From IMG/VR virus record IMGVR_UViG_3300012006_000002, positions 38,767 to 102,766 of that record: a DNA stretch of 64,000 bases. The stretch is one strand, 5' to 3'. How positions within the stretch are numbered: the stretch's first letter is position 1; each line of letters begins with the position of its first letter. Both the position numbers and the translations under genes were made by a program. The notes beneath the pieces are model-generated. The model was not told where the DNA came from, did no database searches, and saw only the letters and a list, made by a program, of their open reading frames with translations. Positions 1 to 10,883 of this stretch are shown piece after piece. This stretch comes from a virus.

Positions 1-2
1 TT

Positions 3-245
3 ACTGTAACATTATCGAATAAACTTCTTTATACACTAGAAAGTGTAATTGTAAATATTTATGCACCACAGTGGTCAATTCCTTCCGAAAAACTTGGACC
101 CACAACTGGGTCGGGAACATTTGCGGTGAGAATACAATTAAATAGCAACGAAACAACACTCCCTCAACCTGTTATTTCTGCGGCTACTTCCGCAATTAAT
201 GCGTGGCGACCTGCGGGAATGCCTTATGTGATACAATCATACTAA
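3..245 (+). CDS. Partial (5'-truncated) baseplate wedge-like protein
   Basis: Open frame from the window edge to TAA at 243-245, ending ...AINAWRPAGMPYVIQSY. The [KR]PAG ending is typical of baseplate wedge proteins that precede tail fibres. Confidence 0.55.
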   Translation, partial: TVTLSNKLLYTLESVIVNIYAPQWSIPSEKLGPTTGSGTFAVRIQLNSNETTLPQPVISAATSAINAWRPAGMPYVIQSY

Positions 246-257
246 TGGAGAATAAAC

Positions 258-3200
258 GTGAAGCCAAGTAATCCATATTTAGGGGCATTGCCATTACGAA
301 CCAGTAGAATTTCCAGCATTGATGTTGATGGAAAAGCTTGGGATTCCGTTCTTTTTCAACAATCAAAATCTATTCTTGATTTTGATTTAAATGTAATGCA
401 GAGAATTTTGCAAGAAAATATTGCACAATTATCAAGATCAATATTTTATTCTGGATTTACTCGTTCATCTTCATTAACTGCAGATAGCAATAATGTTTAT
501 CTTGCCGTATCAAGAATCAATGCTCTTGGAAATATCATCAGACTTATTGATACAAATGGTACTGATGGAAGAATTTCTATTCCAATATCTTATACAACCA
601 ATGTAAATACATCTCAGTATTCAAGAATTTTTTTATGGATTGAAATCTGGTTTCAGGAAATTATTCCGACAACTATTTCTGAATCTTTTGACGGATCATC
701 GCCGGTTGAATTTAAATCTTCTGTTATTCCTTATGGAGGAGGAGTTCAAAATAATTCAACTTTAACAAACGAATTATATGATCCAACATTTGGATCTGAA
801 ACAACTCGCAGAATTCAAACAAGATGGAGAATTCGTCAAACTCCAGCAATAGATCCTACTCCAGTAGTTGCAGAAGCTTCTTCAATTAGCGTGACGGCAA
901 ATCAAAGCGGAGCATCTGGAACTATTGTAGTTCCAAATCCAACGAATCTATCTGGAACGATTACTGCAGCAGGAAACACCGTAAAAATGTACGGTGTTAA
1001 TACAAGCGCTTTATATCCAAAAATGATTCTTGTTCAAACAAATACCACCGGGGGGAATTTTGGCAGCGCTACAGCCGGAACAACAGCCACTATTGTATCG
1101 GTTGATAAGCTTGATGGAGGGTCCACCCCAGCAGGGGTCATCACCATCAAGGCAAATGGAACATCATCTTGCGCTGTTGGATCCGTATCTTTTACGACCT
1201 CAGGATATATGCACGGCACAACATTTGTGGTTCCTCCTTTGGGATCTCAAAAACTTATTACTGCAAATACTACGTATGGATTTCCTTCAGAAACAACACT
1301 TGGAAGTAAAACAGTGTTTGGCGTTGACCAAGCAAGATCCGATTCATATAATATTAATTTTGCGAATAATGTTTCGTATGTTTCTTCCAGACTTTCCGGC
1401 ATTACTGTCGCGGCATCATCCGTAAGCACAGCTACACTTTACGACACGTATGCGTATAAATTATCTTACTCTTACACTGATATATCTGAAAATGAATCAC
1501 TAGCAAGCATGACTTCCAACACTGTTTCAAATTTTGCTGGAAATCTTGCGAATACAGGTTTGGCAAGTACTACTTATTCTAACAAGATTACTTGGACCGC
1601 ATCCACGTCAGCTAAACAATACTATATTTATCGCAATATTTTTCGTGGTCAAATTACAAGCATTGCTGGCAACAGCACTACTGGAGCAGTATATACACTA
1701 GCGAATACAAATTCCTATGCGTTACCAATTGGAACTAAAGTAACGACTACTGGAGCATCCGTCAGTAACTATAATGTTACTGATGGAATTGTTACTGCAT
1801 CTACTACAAATACTTTTACTATTGGTAGCATTACTATTACCACCTCTACTACCGTAACTAACGGTGTGGCAAAACCAGATTCACTTCCGTTTTCCTCCGC
1901 GCAACTTATTGATACTATTATTCTTTCGGCACCAGCGACAACAAATTCTGCAGGAGTTGTTGCTAGTGGCATGACTGCAACAATTCCTGCATCTGCTACT
2001 TCAGTAACACAAAGTAATTCAGCAGCACTTCTTAATGCAGCAGGTACAGGTTCTTTGTATTCTTTGACCGGAATTAATACAACTCTTCTCAAGCCGGGAA
2101 TGATCATATCTTCTACTTCTAAAATTAATTCAGGAACTCACAGAATTCTCTCCATTACCACCTCTTCTTCAACAAACGGAACGGTGCTTTGCTATGGAAC
2201 TTCTGCTCCTACTACTACTGGTTCCACTGCGACAATTACTGATCTTTCGGTAAGTGTAGACGCCAACACTCCGGTATATTACGATAATATTAACAGTTTT
2301 TCAGAATCGCCATTTACCAAACCTTCAACAATAACAGTTCAGGCGGTCTATCCTACAAATGTTGCTCCTTTTGAGACCATATCCGGAAGCGGTGGGGATC
2401 CCCGAGTATTTGCTCAGGGCGGCCGTATTGAGGTTATACTTACCGGATCTATTAGCGCCAGTGGCGTACTTACAGTTGCTGCATTAAATACTAATGGATA
2501 TTTGCAAGTTGGACAACGAATAACCGGAATTGGTGTTCCCGATAATGTTTTTATTACTGGAATAACAACGGCTTTTAGTAGTAGTGGCAACGGAACTTAT
2601 ACGGTATCTGGAATTTCATCAGCTATTTCATCCACTACTTTATATGCTTGGTTTACTCCTTCTAAAACTTTTCAGCGATCAAGCAAAGTTACCGGCTTTA
2701 CGGAATTATATGATCCTTATGTGTACGTTGCTGGAGATGGAAGTTCTTCAGATGCGTCAGTTCTTAACACTGTTGATGGACGAGTATATGGTTTGCCTTT
2801 GGCATATGTATACAAAGACGACTCATCAGTTGTTTTAACTGATTTGCGAAATGTAATAAATTCATTAAATACCGGAACCATAAATGCCACTACGGACATC
2901 ACTACGACAAATCCGATTTCTGGACTTGCCCTGCGACTTGCTGCGTCAAGTACCGGAACATCGCTGACTGTTTCTGGGGGCGGATCAACGAACGCAGACC
3001 TTTCCTTAACGCCAAAAGGCTCCGGAGTTGTTTCAGTGGCTACCAGCCTTGCCGTTCCGGCCGGAACAGCAACATTGCCTTCGTATTCATTTGCGGGACA
3101 ATCATCTACGGGTCTGTATTATTCTCTTTCTAGCGCTGGAGTAAGTCAAATTGGACTATCTGTCGGTGGAACACCTGTTGTTACTGTCAGCCCTTTATCA

Positions 3201-4808
3201 ACTGTTTTTGCAAGTACTTTGACAAGTGCAGGCATTGTCACAGGAACAGCTTTTTCTTCCACCGGACTAGAGGGCGGTTCAGCCGGAAGATATTTAGGGA
3301 GAACAAGCAACGGCGCTCCCTCTAACGGCACCTACTCTATTGGCGATTATGTTGTTGATACTTCAGGATATGTTCGCGTTTATAATGGAACTGCGTGGAT
3401 TATTGCTGGAGCTAATGCAGGAGACCCAAACACATGGTCAGGTTTGCAAAGTTTTGTGAGATCAAGTCTCAACATAAGTTCAGCAGCAGACACTGTTGTA
3501 AACACGACCATTGGACCCGGATCTGCAACCATTGCTGCAGATTTAAGTCCTAATTATGTTTCTGGAGCAAGATTTGTATCTCCGACATATTCCAATAATG
3601 GCACTACAAAAACAATTGGATCTGCAGTAAACGTCGATATTGCAAATCTTCCCATTGCTGCAACAAATGTTTCTATTACAAATTCATATGGACTTCGTAT
3701 TACGGGTACAGCAACAAACGCTACAAATGCCTACAGTCTTTATGTATCGGGTTCTACTGGATCTACTTTGTCCTATGCAATGTATGTTGCAAGTGGATTA
3801 TCGTATTTTGCTGATAACGTAACTATTGCAAAAATTACTAAAATTACTGATAGCACTGATGCTACTAGCACAACTGCCGATGCTGCTCTTGTCATATCGG
3901 GTGGTCTTGCTGTTGCCAAGAAGCTTTATGCCGGTTCTTTGTACGGCCCGCTTATTGGAACCGTAGGTGCTGGGACAGGAAACGCTAACACGGGAGCGTT
4001 TACCACTCTAACTACTAGCGATACTACCGAAGCAACAAATACTTCTACTGCCTCCGTTGCTATCACCGGAGGTCTTGCTGTTGCCAAGAAAATTTTTGCT
4101 AATCAGTTTAACGGCCCTCTTGTTGGAGCCGTCACTGGAAATGTCACTGGAAATGTGACCGGATTGCAGACCTATACGATTGCAGCAGGCAGTACTGCCG
4201 ACCTTATTTCCGCAACAATGGCTACAAGTGATTTTTTCAGGATTAGAGTAGGGGGAAGCGCTGATGCCGGTTATGCGGAAATAGCAACTGCTGATAATGG
4301 ATCGGAACCAATACATGTCCGTCAGTATACTTGGGGGTATCTTAACGGAAGTTCTGGAGACACTGATTCATGGAAAAACCCAACCCGAACCGCTACTCTT
4401 CTTGATGCATCTGGAAACACTTCTTTTCCGGGAACATTATCAGCAGACAAAATGAGCGGCGGTGCAGCACCACGTTGCTTTATTCCTGCCGGAGCATTTA
4501 CATCACTTAACGCAACGTTGTCAACAGACACTACTACTGGACAATATCAATGGACATTTGCTGCTGCAAATACTGCGTATGTATATTTAGTTGTTCCTGC
4601 AAACTACGGTGGAGGGACATGCTCGTTTACTATTCATGGCACTGCAACGGGTAATCTTACTGCAAAATATGGAACAACATCTGCTGCTGACACAACATTT
4701 ACTTCAGGAGCAACAATACTAGTTGCTAGCACGGCATACTATATTAAATTAACATGTGCCGTATCACAAACGGCAACTTTGACAGGCATGTCAATTGTAT
4801 TTGGATAA
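258..4808 (+). CDS. Long tail fibre / baseplate-attached receptor-binding protein (1516 aa)
   Basis: GTG start after GGAG; S/T/G/A-rich beta-type sequence; N-terminal baseplate-anchor-like region (ETTRRIQTRWRIR); two GGLAVAKK fibre repeats. Confidence 0.75.
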   Translation: MKPSNPYLGALPLRTSRISSIDVDGKAWDSVLFQQSKSILDFDLNVMQRILQENIAQLSRSIFYSGFTRSSSLTADSNNVYLAVSRINALGNIIRLIDTNGTDGRISIPISYTTNVNTSQYSRIFLWIEIWFQEIIPTTISESFDGSSPVEFKSSVIPYGGGVQNNSTLTNELYDPTFGSETTRRIQTRWRIRQTPAIDPTPVVAEASSISVTANQSGASGTIVVPNPTNLSGTITAAGNTVKMYGVNTSALYPKMILVQTNTTGGNFGSATAGTTATIVSVDKLDGGSTPAGVITIKANGTSSCAVGSVSFTTSGYMHGTTFVVPPLGSQKLITANTTYGFPSETTLGSKTVFGVDQARSDSYNINFANNVSYVSSRLSGITVAASSVSTATLYDTYAYKLSYSYTDISENESLASMTSNTVSNFAGNLANTGLASTTYSNKITWTASTSAKQYYIYRNIFRGQITSIAGNSTTGAVYTLANTNSYALPIGTKVTTTGASVSNYNVTDGIVTASTTNTFTIGSITITTSTTVTNGVAKPDSLPFSSAQLIDTIILSAPATTNSAGVVASGMTATIPASATSVTQSNSAALLNAAGTGSLYSLTGINTTLLKPGMIISSTSKINSGTHRILSITTSSSTNGTVLCYGTSAPTTTGSTATITDLSVSVDANTPVYYDNINSFSESPFTKPSTITVQAVYPTNVAPFETISGSGGDPRVFAQGGRIEVILTGSISASGVLTVAALNTNGYLQVGQRITGIGVPDNVFITGITTAFSSSGNGTYTVSGISSAISSTTLYAWFTPSKTFQRSSKVTGFTELYDPYVYVAGDGSSSDASVLNTVDGRVYGLPLAYVYKDDSSVVLTDLRNVINSLNTGTINATTDITTTNPISGLALRLAASSTGTSLTVSGGGSTNADLSLTPKGSGVVSVATSLAVPAGTATLPSYSFAGQSSTGLYYSLSSAGVSQIGLSVGGTPVVTVSPLSTVFASTLTSAGIVTGTAFSSTGLEGGSAGRYLGRTSNGAPSNGTYSIGDYVVDTSGYVRVYNGTAWIIAGANAGDPNTWSGLQSFVRSSLNISSAADTVVNTTIGPGSATIAADLSPNYVSGARFVSPTYSNNGTTKTIGSAVNVDIANLPIAATNVSITNSYGLRITGTATNATNAYSLYVSGSTGSTLSYAMYVASGLSYFADNVTIAKITKITDSTDATSTTADAALVISGGLAVAKKLYAGSLYGPLIGTVGAGTGNANTGAFTTLTTSDTTEATNTSTASVAITGGLAVAKKIFANQFNGPLVGAVTGNVTGNVTGLQTYTIAAGSTADLISATMATSDFFRIRVGGSADAGYAEIATADNGSEPIHVRQYTWGYLNGSSGDTDSWKNPTRTATLLDASGNTSFPGTLSADKMSGGAAPRCFIPAGAFTSLNATLSTDTTTGQYQWTFAAANTAYVYLVVPANYGGGTCSFTIHGTATGNLTAKYGTTSAADTTFTSGATILVASTAYYIKLTCAVSQTATLTGMSIVFG

Positions 4809-4823
4809 AAGGAAAATTTTTAA

Positions 4824-5660
4824 ATGCCATTTAAATGGAAAGACAAAATTGTTAGTTTTGGAAGTTCAAGTAGTGATCTTGCTGTAAGTGCAGGAACTTC
4901 CTATACAATTCCAGCAAACACAACTTCTCATTGGGTCAATGCAACCATTTCGGGAAACCTCTACGTACATAGAACCGCAGATTTTAGAGTAAGTGGAACT
5001 TTGACTATTGGATCCACGGGAAATATAATTGCAGTAAACAATGTCGCGGGAGAATCTGGGTCAGGAACCGCTTATGCTGCAACGACGGCTGATGACACGT
5101 TGCCCGCTTCTTCTAACGGAGCGAACGGAACTGGTGCTGGTAAAAATTCTCTTAAAATTATGGCAAATAAACTTATAAATAATGGGACTATTAGTGCTAG
5201 TGCGGACTATAACAATACGAATAGCGGAACTGGAGCTAGTGGCGGATTCATATGGATTATTTCTCCTGATATTTCAGGAGGGGCAGGAATAAGGATAAGT
5301 TGCGATGGCGCTGAAGGAGGTCCAGCTTGGGCTAGTGAGAGATATTGCGTAGGCAATGGGGTGTGGTTTGCTAATTGTGCCGGTGGCGGTGATGGGTGCT
5401 ATAATTATGGAGGCTCCGAATATGTGTCGGGAACCTCCGGTAAACACAACTCCTCGTCGGAAGGAGAATACTGTGTTGGTGGCGGGTCTGGACCCAAAGG
5501 AACGTCAGGAACAGCTTCATCTATTCTCATCGTCACTTCTAAGAATCCATCTGGAGGAACAGCAAGCAATCAAACAGTTTCTTTGGATACTACCATGAAA
5601 AGTTTGTCTCTTGGTACAATTCTTTGGTTTGAGGAAAATAAACAATGGAATACACCGTAA
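4824..5660 (+). CDS. Gly/Cys-rich tail-fibre-associated protein
   Basis: 278 aa, Gly-rich (GASGGFIWI-type motif), immediately downstream of the tail fibre. Confidence 0.55.
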   Translation: MPFKWKDKIVSFGSSSSDLAVSAGTSYTIPANTTSHWVNATISGNLYVHRTADFRVSGTLTIGSTGNIIAVNNVAGESGSGTAYAATTADDTLPASSNGANGTGAGKNSLKIMANKLINNGTISASADYNNTNSGTGASGGFIWIISPDISGGAGIRISCDGAEGGPAWASERYCVGNGVWFANCAGGGDGCYNYGGSEYVSGTSGKHNSSSEGEYCVGGGSGPKGTSGTASSILIVTSKNPSGGTASNQTVSLDTTMKSLSLGTILWFEENKQWNTP

Positions 5661-6508
5661 AACACGATGTTGCATTTGGAGATGGCTCTCATCATCATTC
5701 TGTTTATATTTCAGATAAATCGCAAGATAATTTTATAAAAGAAATTTTAGAAAATCAAGTGAAAACAAAAAATATTGATAACATTAGTTCTATTGTTTCC
5801 TATATAAAAAGTAATACAATATATGTGGAAAAAAACGGATTATATATGGAAAGACATTTGGGAATTGGAAGACCCGACGAAAACGGAAACATTATAGTAA
5901 CTCCATTTCCACATATTGGAACTTTTTGTCATGTGGTTTATTTCTTTAACTCTTCACCAGATTGGTGGAAAAATATTCAAATAATTTCAGAAAAATACAA
6001 TATTTTTTATTTTTTAGAAGCCATTGAATATTTTAAACAACGGGTGGGAGTATCTCTTGCTGGAAGTAGTGAATTAAGGCCAGATTATTACTATATGGCT
6101 AAAAATATTGCTTTATCTACAGAAGGATGGGATTTCAATGATCCTCCATTGGAGTTCATAATTTTTGGAGATAAAGAAAAACTTCCAGTTCCAAGATTTA
6201 GTGTAGTCGATACAAAAGGATTAATTGTGGGATTATCCTCTAAAGATGGAGCGGTGAAAACCGCAAATGTTGTAGATGGTGGCAATAATTACGACATCAA
6301 CGATGAGGTAGATGTATATTTTGTTGGATCAGAGGGAGCAAAACTTCGAGTTGCGGAAGTCGAAAACGGTTCAGTTACAAAATTGACTATTATCAATGAA
6401 GGAAAAAATTATCCGCTTTTTTGCACCGCAATAACGGGGTTATATAATTTTGAAAGCAATATTAGAGGACAATATTTTTTTCCTCAACATGAGGCTTTGT
6501 TTGAATAA
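5645..6508 (+). CDS. Hypothetical protein with C-terminal tail/baseplate-type VVDGGxxY repeats
   Basis: 287-aa ORF; VVDGGNNY and IINEGKNY motifs. Confidence 0.5.
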   Translation: MEYTVKHDVAFGDGSHHHSVYISDKSQDNFIKEILENQVKTKNIDNISSIVSYIKSNTIYVEKNGLYMERHLGIGRPDENGNIIVTPFPHIGTFCHVVYFFNSSPDWWKNIQIISEKYNIFYFLEAIEYFKQRVGVSLAGSSELRPDYYYMAKNIALSTEGWDFNDPPLEFIIFGDKEKLPVPRFSVVDTKGLIVGLSSKDGAVKTANVVDGGNNYDINDEVDVYFVGSEGAKLRVAEVENGSVTKLTIINEGKNYPLFCTAITGLYNFESNIRGQYFFPQHEALFE

Positions 6509-6525
6509 TATGGAAAGATATATTT

Positions 6526-7314
6526 GTGAATGATCTGTGCGCAAAAAATAGCGATAAATTTGAAGACACTTTGTCGCAAGAAACAACAACGATTTATTGG
6601 TCCGCTTGGACACCTTCTTCATCATGGGCTTTTGCTAAATTAATTCAGAAAAATTTTCGATGGTTATCTCAAGATTCAATCGGTTTGCATACTGACATCG
6701 GAAGAGGGCAGCATTTACTGGGATGTCCAGCACATAGAAGTGTCAAATCTGATACATTAATTTTAGATTTTCCCATAAATATTCATGTTGTTTTTGACGA
6801 AGTTGGAAATCCAATTGTAGAAAACAAATACAATAATTTTATCAATAAAGATTCAGGCAGAACTAGTACTCATGATGATACAATGTCTAATAGATATGCT
6901 GTTCAATTTAAAGGAGCTCCCATTTTCTTTTGCGAAGAAAGCCTTGATATTGAACTATTTCCTCCGTACATGCATAATGTTTCTTCAACGCAATATGGAG
7001 CGCTCACTGCCGGAAAATTTGATATTGGCCAATGGTTTCGACCATTATACATAGACTATATGTTGTGGAATAATGTTCGAGAAATCATCTTAAAAGAAGA
7101 TGAGCCATGTATGTATATTAAATTTCATACTAATAAACGTATTAAATTGCAAGAATTTAAATATAACGATTTTATAGCATCTGTTGCATGGGCTTGTGAA
7201 AATATTTCCAAAACATACAAAGACAGACAATCTCTTCAGCAACGATACGATCTTTTTGGAAAGGGTTCTTTAAAAAAGGCTCTTTTGCAAGAAATCAAAC
7301 AAAATCTGCTGTGA
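6526..7314 (+). CDS. Hypothetical protein
   Basis: 262-aa ORF, co-oriented in the tail operon. Confidence 0.6.
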   Translation: MNDLCAKNSDKFEDTLSQETTTIYWSAWTPSSSWAFAKLIQKNFRWLSQDSIGLHTDIGRGQHLLGCPAHRSVKSDTLILDFPINIHVVFDEVGNPIVENKYNNFINKDSGRTSTHDDTMSNRYAVQFKGAPIFFCEESLDIELFPPYMHNVSSTQYGALTAGKFDIGQWFRPLYIDYMLWNNVREIILKEDEPCMYIKFHTNKRIKLQEFKYNDFIASVAWACENISKTYKDRQSLQQRYDLFGKGSLKKALLQEIKQNLL

Positions 7315-7342
7315 AAAATTTTCACAAATACGTAGGTTCTTA

Positions 7343-7372
7343 TTGACATCCCAATGGGTGATGTGCTACCAT
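7343..7372 (+). promoter_or_regulatory. sigma70-type promoter
   Basis: TTGACA-N18-TACCAT with TGn extension, upstream of the 7420 ORF. Confidence 0.6.
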
Positions 7373-7419
7373 AAAACCAAGGAACAAGTTTCCGCCAATA
7401 CAAACAAGGAGCATGAAAC

Positions 7420-7791
7420 GTGGCGCGCGCAAATAATGTAGTGGATGCGGAGTTCACAATGGAAGAGACGGAAGTCATTGCCAGCAATCCTGAAGCGACG
7501 GACGAGGCCATGGAGTACGATCAGTTCGTTGACGTACTTGCAGACGGCAAGTACGGTGGCGAAATCTGGGCTGAAGCTGAGCGCGAGAAGATCCGGGCAC
7601 AAGCAGAGATTCGGCTCTCCAGCAAGCGGAACAATGAGCAGCGACTCAATGCTGCGACAGAGCGTCTTCGGAAGGCTGTTGATGACCAGAAGGCTGTCGA
7701 GGAGGAGTTCCCCTCTGCGCAGAAGTGGGGCAAGTACTACATCTCCCTAGAGGCTGTAAACGCCAAGCAGGCTGAAGCCAATACTCCATAA
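7420..7791 (+). CDS. Hypothetical acidic coiled-coil protein
   Basis: 123 aa; SD AGGAG; has its own promoter and terminator. Confidence 0.7.
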   Translation: MARANNVVDAEFTMEETEVIASNPEATDEAMEYDQFVDVLADGKYGGEIWAEAEREKIRAQAEIRLSSKRNNEQRLNAATERLRKAVDDQKAVEEEFPSAQKWGKYYISLEAVNAKQAEANTP

Positions 7792-7814
7792 TTATTTTGG
7801 CTTGATACTTCATG

Positions 7815-7848
7815 ATAAGGGTTGCCAGTTGGCAACCCTTATTTTTTT
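7815..7848 (+). terminator. Intrinsic terminator
   Basis: ATAAGGGTTGCCA-GT-TGGCAACCCTTAT followed by a T run. Confidence 0.85.
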
Positions 7849-7894
7849 AACTGCTACACTTCTATTGTAGATTCATCTACAGAAGGAGGTGTGA

Positions 7895-8641
7895 ATGTTT
7901 CCACTTTTGGATTCCCGAGATAATAACCCTACAATGGGTGGATATGATTTTGGTGAATGGAGTACTTACTCAAATCAATTTCATCCCGGACTCGATTTTA
8001 ATGCAGGGAATGGGGGTGATGGAGACATCGGATTACCATTGGTGACTGTTTGCAAGTCTGCTCTGCGTGCCAGTGAAGAGACTGCACGAGGGTATGGAAA
8101 ACATCAATGGTGGGAAATTCTAGAAGGTCCGCATATCGGTTCGTGGATTCATTACTGCCATGCGCACAATTTTGTTCATTCGGAGATTGGAACCATTTCT
8201 GGTCGAGGAGAAAAAATCGGCGAGTGCGGAAAATCAGGCGGACAACAATTTGCTCATCTCCATTTTGAGGTTAAGAATGACAAACCCCCAACATGGGGAT
8301 ACTGGGGTGGTGGTTTGACAAAGGATCAAATGCTTGCCACATACACCGATCCCTTGCAGTTTTGCAAAAATTATGATGACTATGTTCCAAGCGAAGAACA
8401 AAAAGGAGAATACGATATGCTGAGTGATGGAGAAAAGTCCCTGATCAATGCAGTTCGAGAATTGAATTACATCTCATATGCCGAACCAGTTGTTCGCTTG
8501 ATGGCTGGCCTCAACGCAACTGCCACCAGTGTCGAGGAATGGATCAACGAAAACGGCGCTTTGCGAAGCCAATTGGCGTTAGCAGGAGAAGCGGCCAAGG
8601 CGGATGAATCTTACGATGGAGATCACCCGGAAAAACAATAA
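7895..8641 (+). CDS. M23-family peptidase (endolysin candidate)
   Basis: HPGLD (HxxxD), YCH and HLHFE (HxH) zinc motifs; SD AGGAGG. Confidence 0.85.
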   Translation: MFPLLDSRDNNPTMGGYDFGEWSTYSNQFHPGLDFNAGNGGDGDIGLPLVTVCKSALRASEETARGYGKHQWWEILEGPHIGSWIHYCHAHNFVHSEIGTISGRGEKIGECGKSGGQQFAHLHFEVKNDKPPTWGYWGGGLTKDQMLATYTDPLQFCKNYDDYVPSEEQKGEYDMLSDGEKSLINAVRELNYISYAEPVVRLMAGLNATATSVEEWINENGALRSQLALAGEAAKADESYDGDHPEKQ

Positions 8642-8741
8642 TTTTTCATGTTCCGCATTTTGAAAACGAGCCGTAGTGGCTCGTTTTCTATTTTTCCAAA
8701 AGTATGCTACCCTCAATGTATCTTTATATTGCGGAGAACAT

Positions 8742-9803
8742 ATGACACGATCAATTGGCAAAACTCCAGAAACACGGCTTAATGATGTCCCTCATCCGTC
8801 AATCGACGGATTCCCCTTGGAAACAGAGGAAGAACACATTCTTGCGCGGGTGCCATTCAGTCCAGATGGGAAAATCAAATTTGAGGATGTTTTTCGGGTT
8901 ACCAAGGAATTGCAGAAGATCAAGAAGGATTCTCAATATAGGGTAGAAAAAGCATACTTGGACCTGAGGCATGCTGACGGACCGATTGCAATGGTCTATT
9001 CGTCCGACTGGCATCTTGGTTCTCTAGGCTGCGATTATGACAGCATGCAGCGAGACCTTGATTTTCTTCTTTCCACCGCCAACATCGGGCTTGCTACCGT
9101 TGGTGATTTGAAAGATAATTTTGCCTCATTCCATAATGTTGCTGCTATTCATGGTCAAGGATTTGCCGGAGATTTGCAAAATCTTGTTCTTGAAGATATT
9201 TCCACCAGACTTGTCCAAGCAAATAAATTATGGATTATTACTTGGGATAATCATTCCGTAGAATTTGATGAAAAAGTCATTGGATATGAAGCAGCTAATT
9301 ATATCTGGCGAAATGGAGTTCGACTTAACAAGACAATTGCCCTTGAGGGAGAAGGTTTTGTAGAACTTCATATTGGCGAAACGTTTTATACGCATATTAT
9401 TGTGCATCAATCTCGATCACATAGCAGCGTTCACAAACTTGCTGGAAACAAGCGAATCTATCAGACGAGATTCCCGGCTCATGTGATTGCAACAGGGCAT
9501 ACACATAGCCCAGATTATGAACAATATACGCACTACGAACTGGGACAATCTTTGGGATACGGTTTTGGCGGTCGATCCTATCTTGTAAAAACCGGAACAT
9601 ATAAAACAAACGATACCTATAGCCAACGATATTTTGGTCAGCCAAGCATAGGCACTCCAACAATTGTGTATTTTCCAATGCCAAAAAACATGCACAAGCA
9701 TATATGTTTTCCAAGCGCAGAGGATGCTGTTCGTTACATGAACGGTCCTGCGTTCATGCATGACTTTTCCGAAACAACAAGGCGGTCTGTGCATCCCACG
9801 TAA
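8742..9803 (+). CDS. Calcineurin-like metallophosphoesterase
   Basis: SDWHLG, GDLKDN, DNH and GHTH motifs; ATG 8742 chosen because of the GGAG SD. Confidence 0.8.
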   Translation: MTRSIGKTPETRLNDVPHPSIDGFPLETEEEHILARVPFSPDGKIKFEDVFRVTKELQKIKKDSQYRVEKAYLDLRHADGPIAMVYSSDWHLGSLGCDYDSMQRDLDFLLSTANIGLATVGDLKDNFASFHNVAAIHGQGFAGDLQNLVLEDISTRLVQANKLWIITWDNHSVEFDEKVIGYEAANYIWRNGVRLNKTIALEGEGFVELHIGETFYTHIIVHQSRSHSSVHKLAGNKRIYQTRFPAHVIATGHTHSPDYEQYTHYELGQSLGYGFGGRSYLVKTGTYKTNDTYSQRYFGQPSIGTPTIVYFPMPKNMHKHICFPSAEDAVRYMNGPAFMHDFSETTRRSVHPT

Positions 9804-9834
9804 ATGCCATACTCTTTTATGAAAGGAAAAGAGT

Positions 9835-10251
9835 ATGATAAAATTGTTTACTTATTTTGCTCAAGCCGGTCTTTCTTTTGGCATTTTTACTCCTGAAGAA
9901 CAAGCATTTATTTCGTCTATTATTGACGATATTCTTGCTTTAGTGATGGCGTTAGCTATTGCATCAGTTGCTATTGTTGGACCAATGCTTTTGAGGTCTG
10001 TGCAAAAAAAAGTTGAAACTTCTCATCATGCCAGTCAATGGGAATTATTGGCAACAATAGCAACTTTTGCAGTAAAGTCTGCACAGCAAACCATTGATCA
10101 TGAAAATAAAACACTTAAATTTGATTACGCATATAAAATAGTTGAAACTATGGCTCAAAAAAATGGAATTAAATTCATGACCGAAGAACTTGGAAGAGTG
10201 CTTATTGAGTCTGCGGTACACACCATAAAGAAAGATACACCAAGTACATAG
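9835..10251 (+). CDS. Holin-like membrane protein
   Basis: N-terminal TM helix followed by AVKSAQQ...KFDYA...IESAV, the pattern of LL-H-type phage holins. Confidence 0.6.
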   Translation: MIKLFTYFAQAGLSFGIFTPEEQAFISSIIDDILALVMALAIASVAIVGPMLLRSVQKKVETSHHASQWELLATIATFAVKSAQQTIDHENKTLKFDYAYKIVETMAQKNGIKFMTEELGRVLIESAVHTIKKDTPST

Positions 10252-10255
10252 CAAT

Positions 10256-10852
10256 ATGGAATATTCGAAACAATCTCAAGTAGAAAAAATACGAAAAGTA
10301 CACAGAAATCCGGAACAATTACGTAGAATATTGAAAATTCCTACTCCGACAACTCTTGAAAAAAGTCAGCAATTGAGGTATGAAAAATGCTCCATACCTC
10401 AATGCATTTCTTACGGAACGTCAGATCATCCACTAGACCTACATCACATTATTCCTCGATCTCAATCAATTGCTCATAGGGATGAATTTACAAATCATCT
10501 TTATATTTGCGGCGATTTTTTCCCGAAAAATCATCATAAGGCAATGCACGGCGAGGCAACTCCGGGGCTGGAAGATCTTCAGAAACTGGGATTTTTCGGA
10601 TCGTGGGAGGCCAACGCAGACCCAGCACCGACAAGAAGCCTTGACGAGACTGGTCCGATCCTGCTACAGTTCTCACAGGTGGACTCGATAGCTCGGTCCC
10701 TGATTTCAACAAGTGTTGAATATCTTCTTGATTACGCTAAGAAGCGTGGTATAATTTCTCCGGATATAACGTTATCGGATAATAACGTTATTTTTCTTAA
10801 AAACTATTCCGATACTAACGGAATATCCGGAGTAGCTAGCTACCGGAAGTAA
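10256..10852 (+). CDS. HNH-like endonuclease domain protein
   Basis: CSIPQC...LHHIIPRS...NHLYIC...HHKAMH. Confidence 0.6.
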   Translation: MEYSKQSQVEKIRKVHRNPEQLRRILKIPTPTTLEKSQQLRYEKCSIPQCISYGTSDHPLDLHHIIPRSQSIAHRDEFTNHLYICGDFFPKNHHKAMHGEATPGLEDLQKLGFFGSWEANADPAPTRSLDETGPILLQFSQVDSIARSLISTSVEYLLDYAKKRGIISPDITLSDNNVIFLKNYSDTNGISGVASYRK

Positions 10853-10883
10853 TTCTTACGGATAGTACCGAATAAAACGGTAA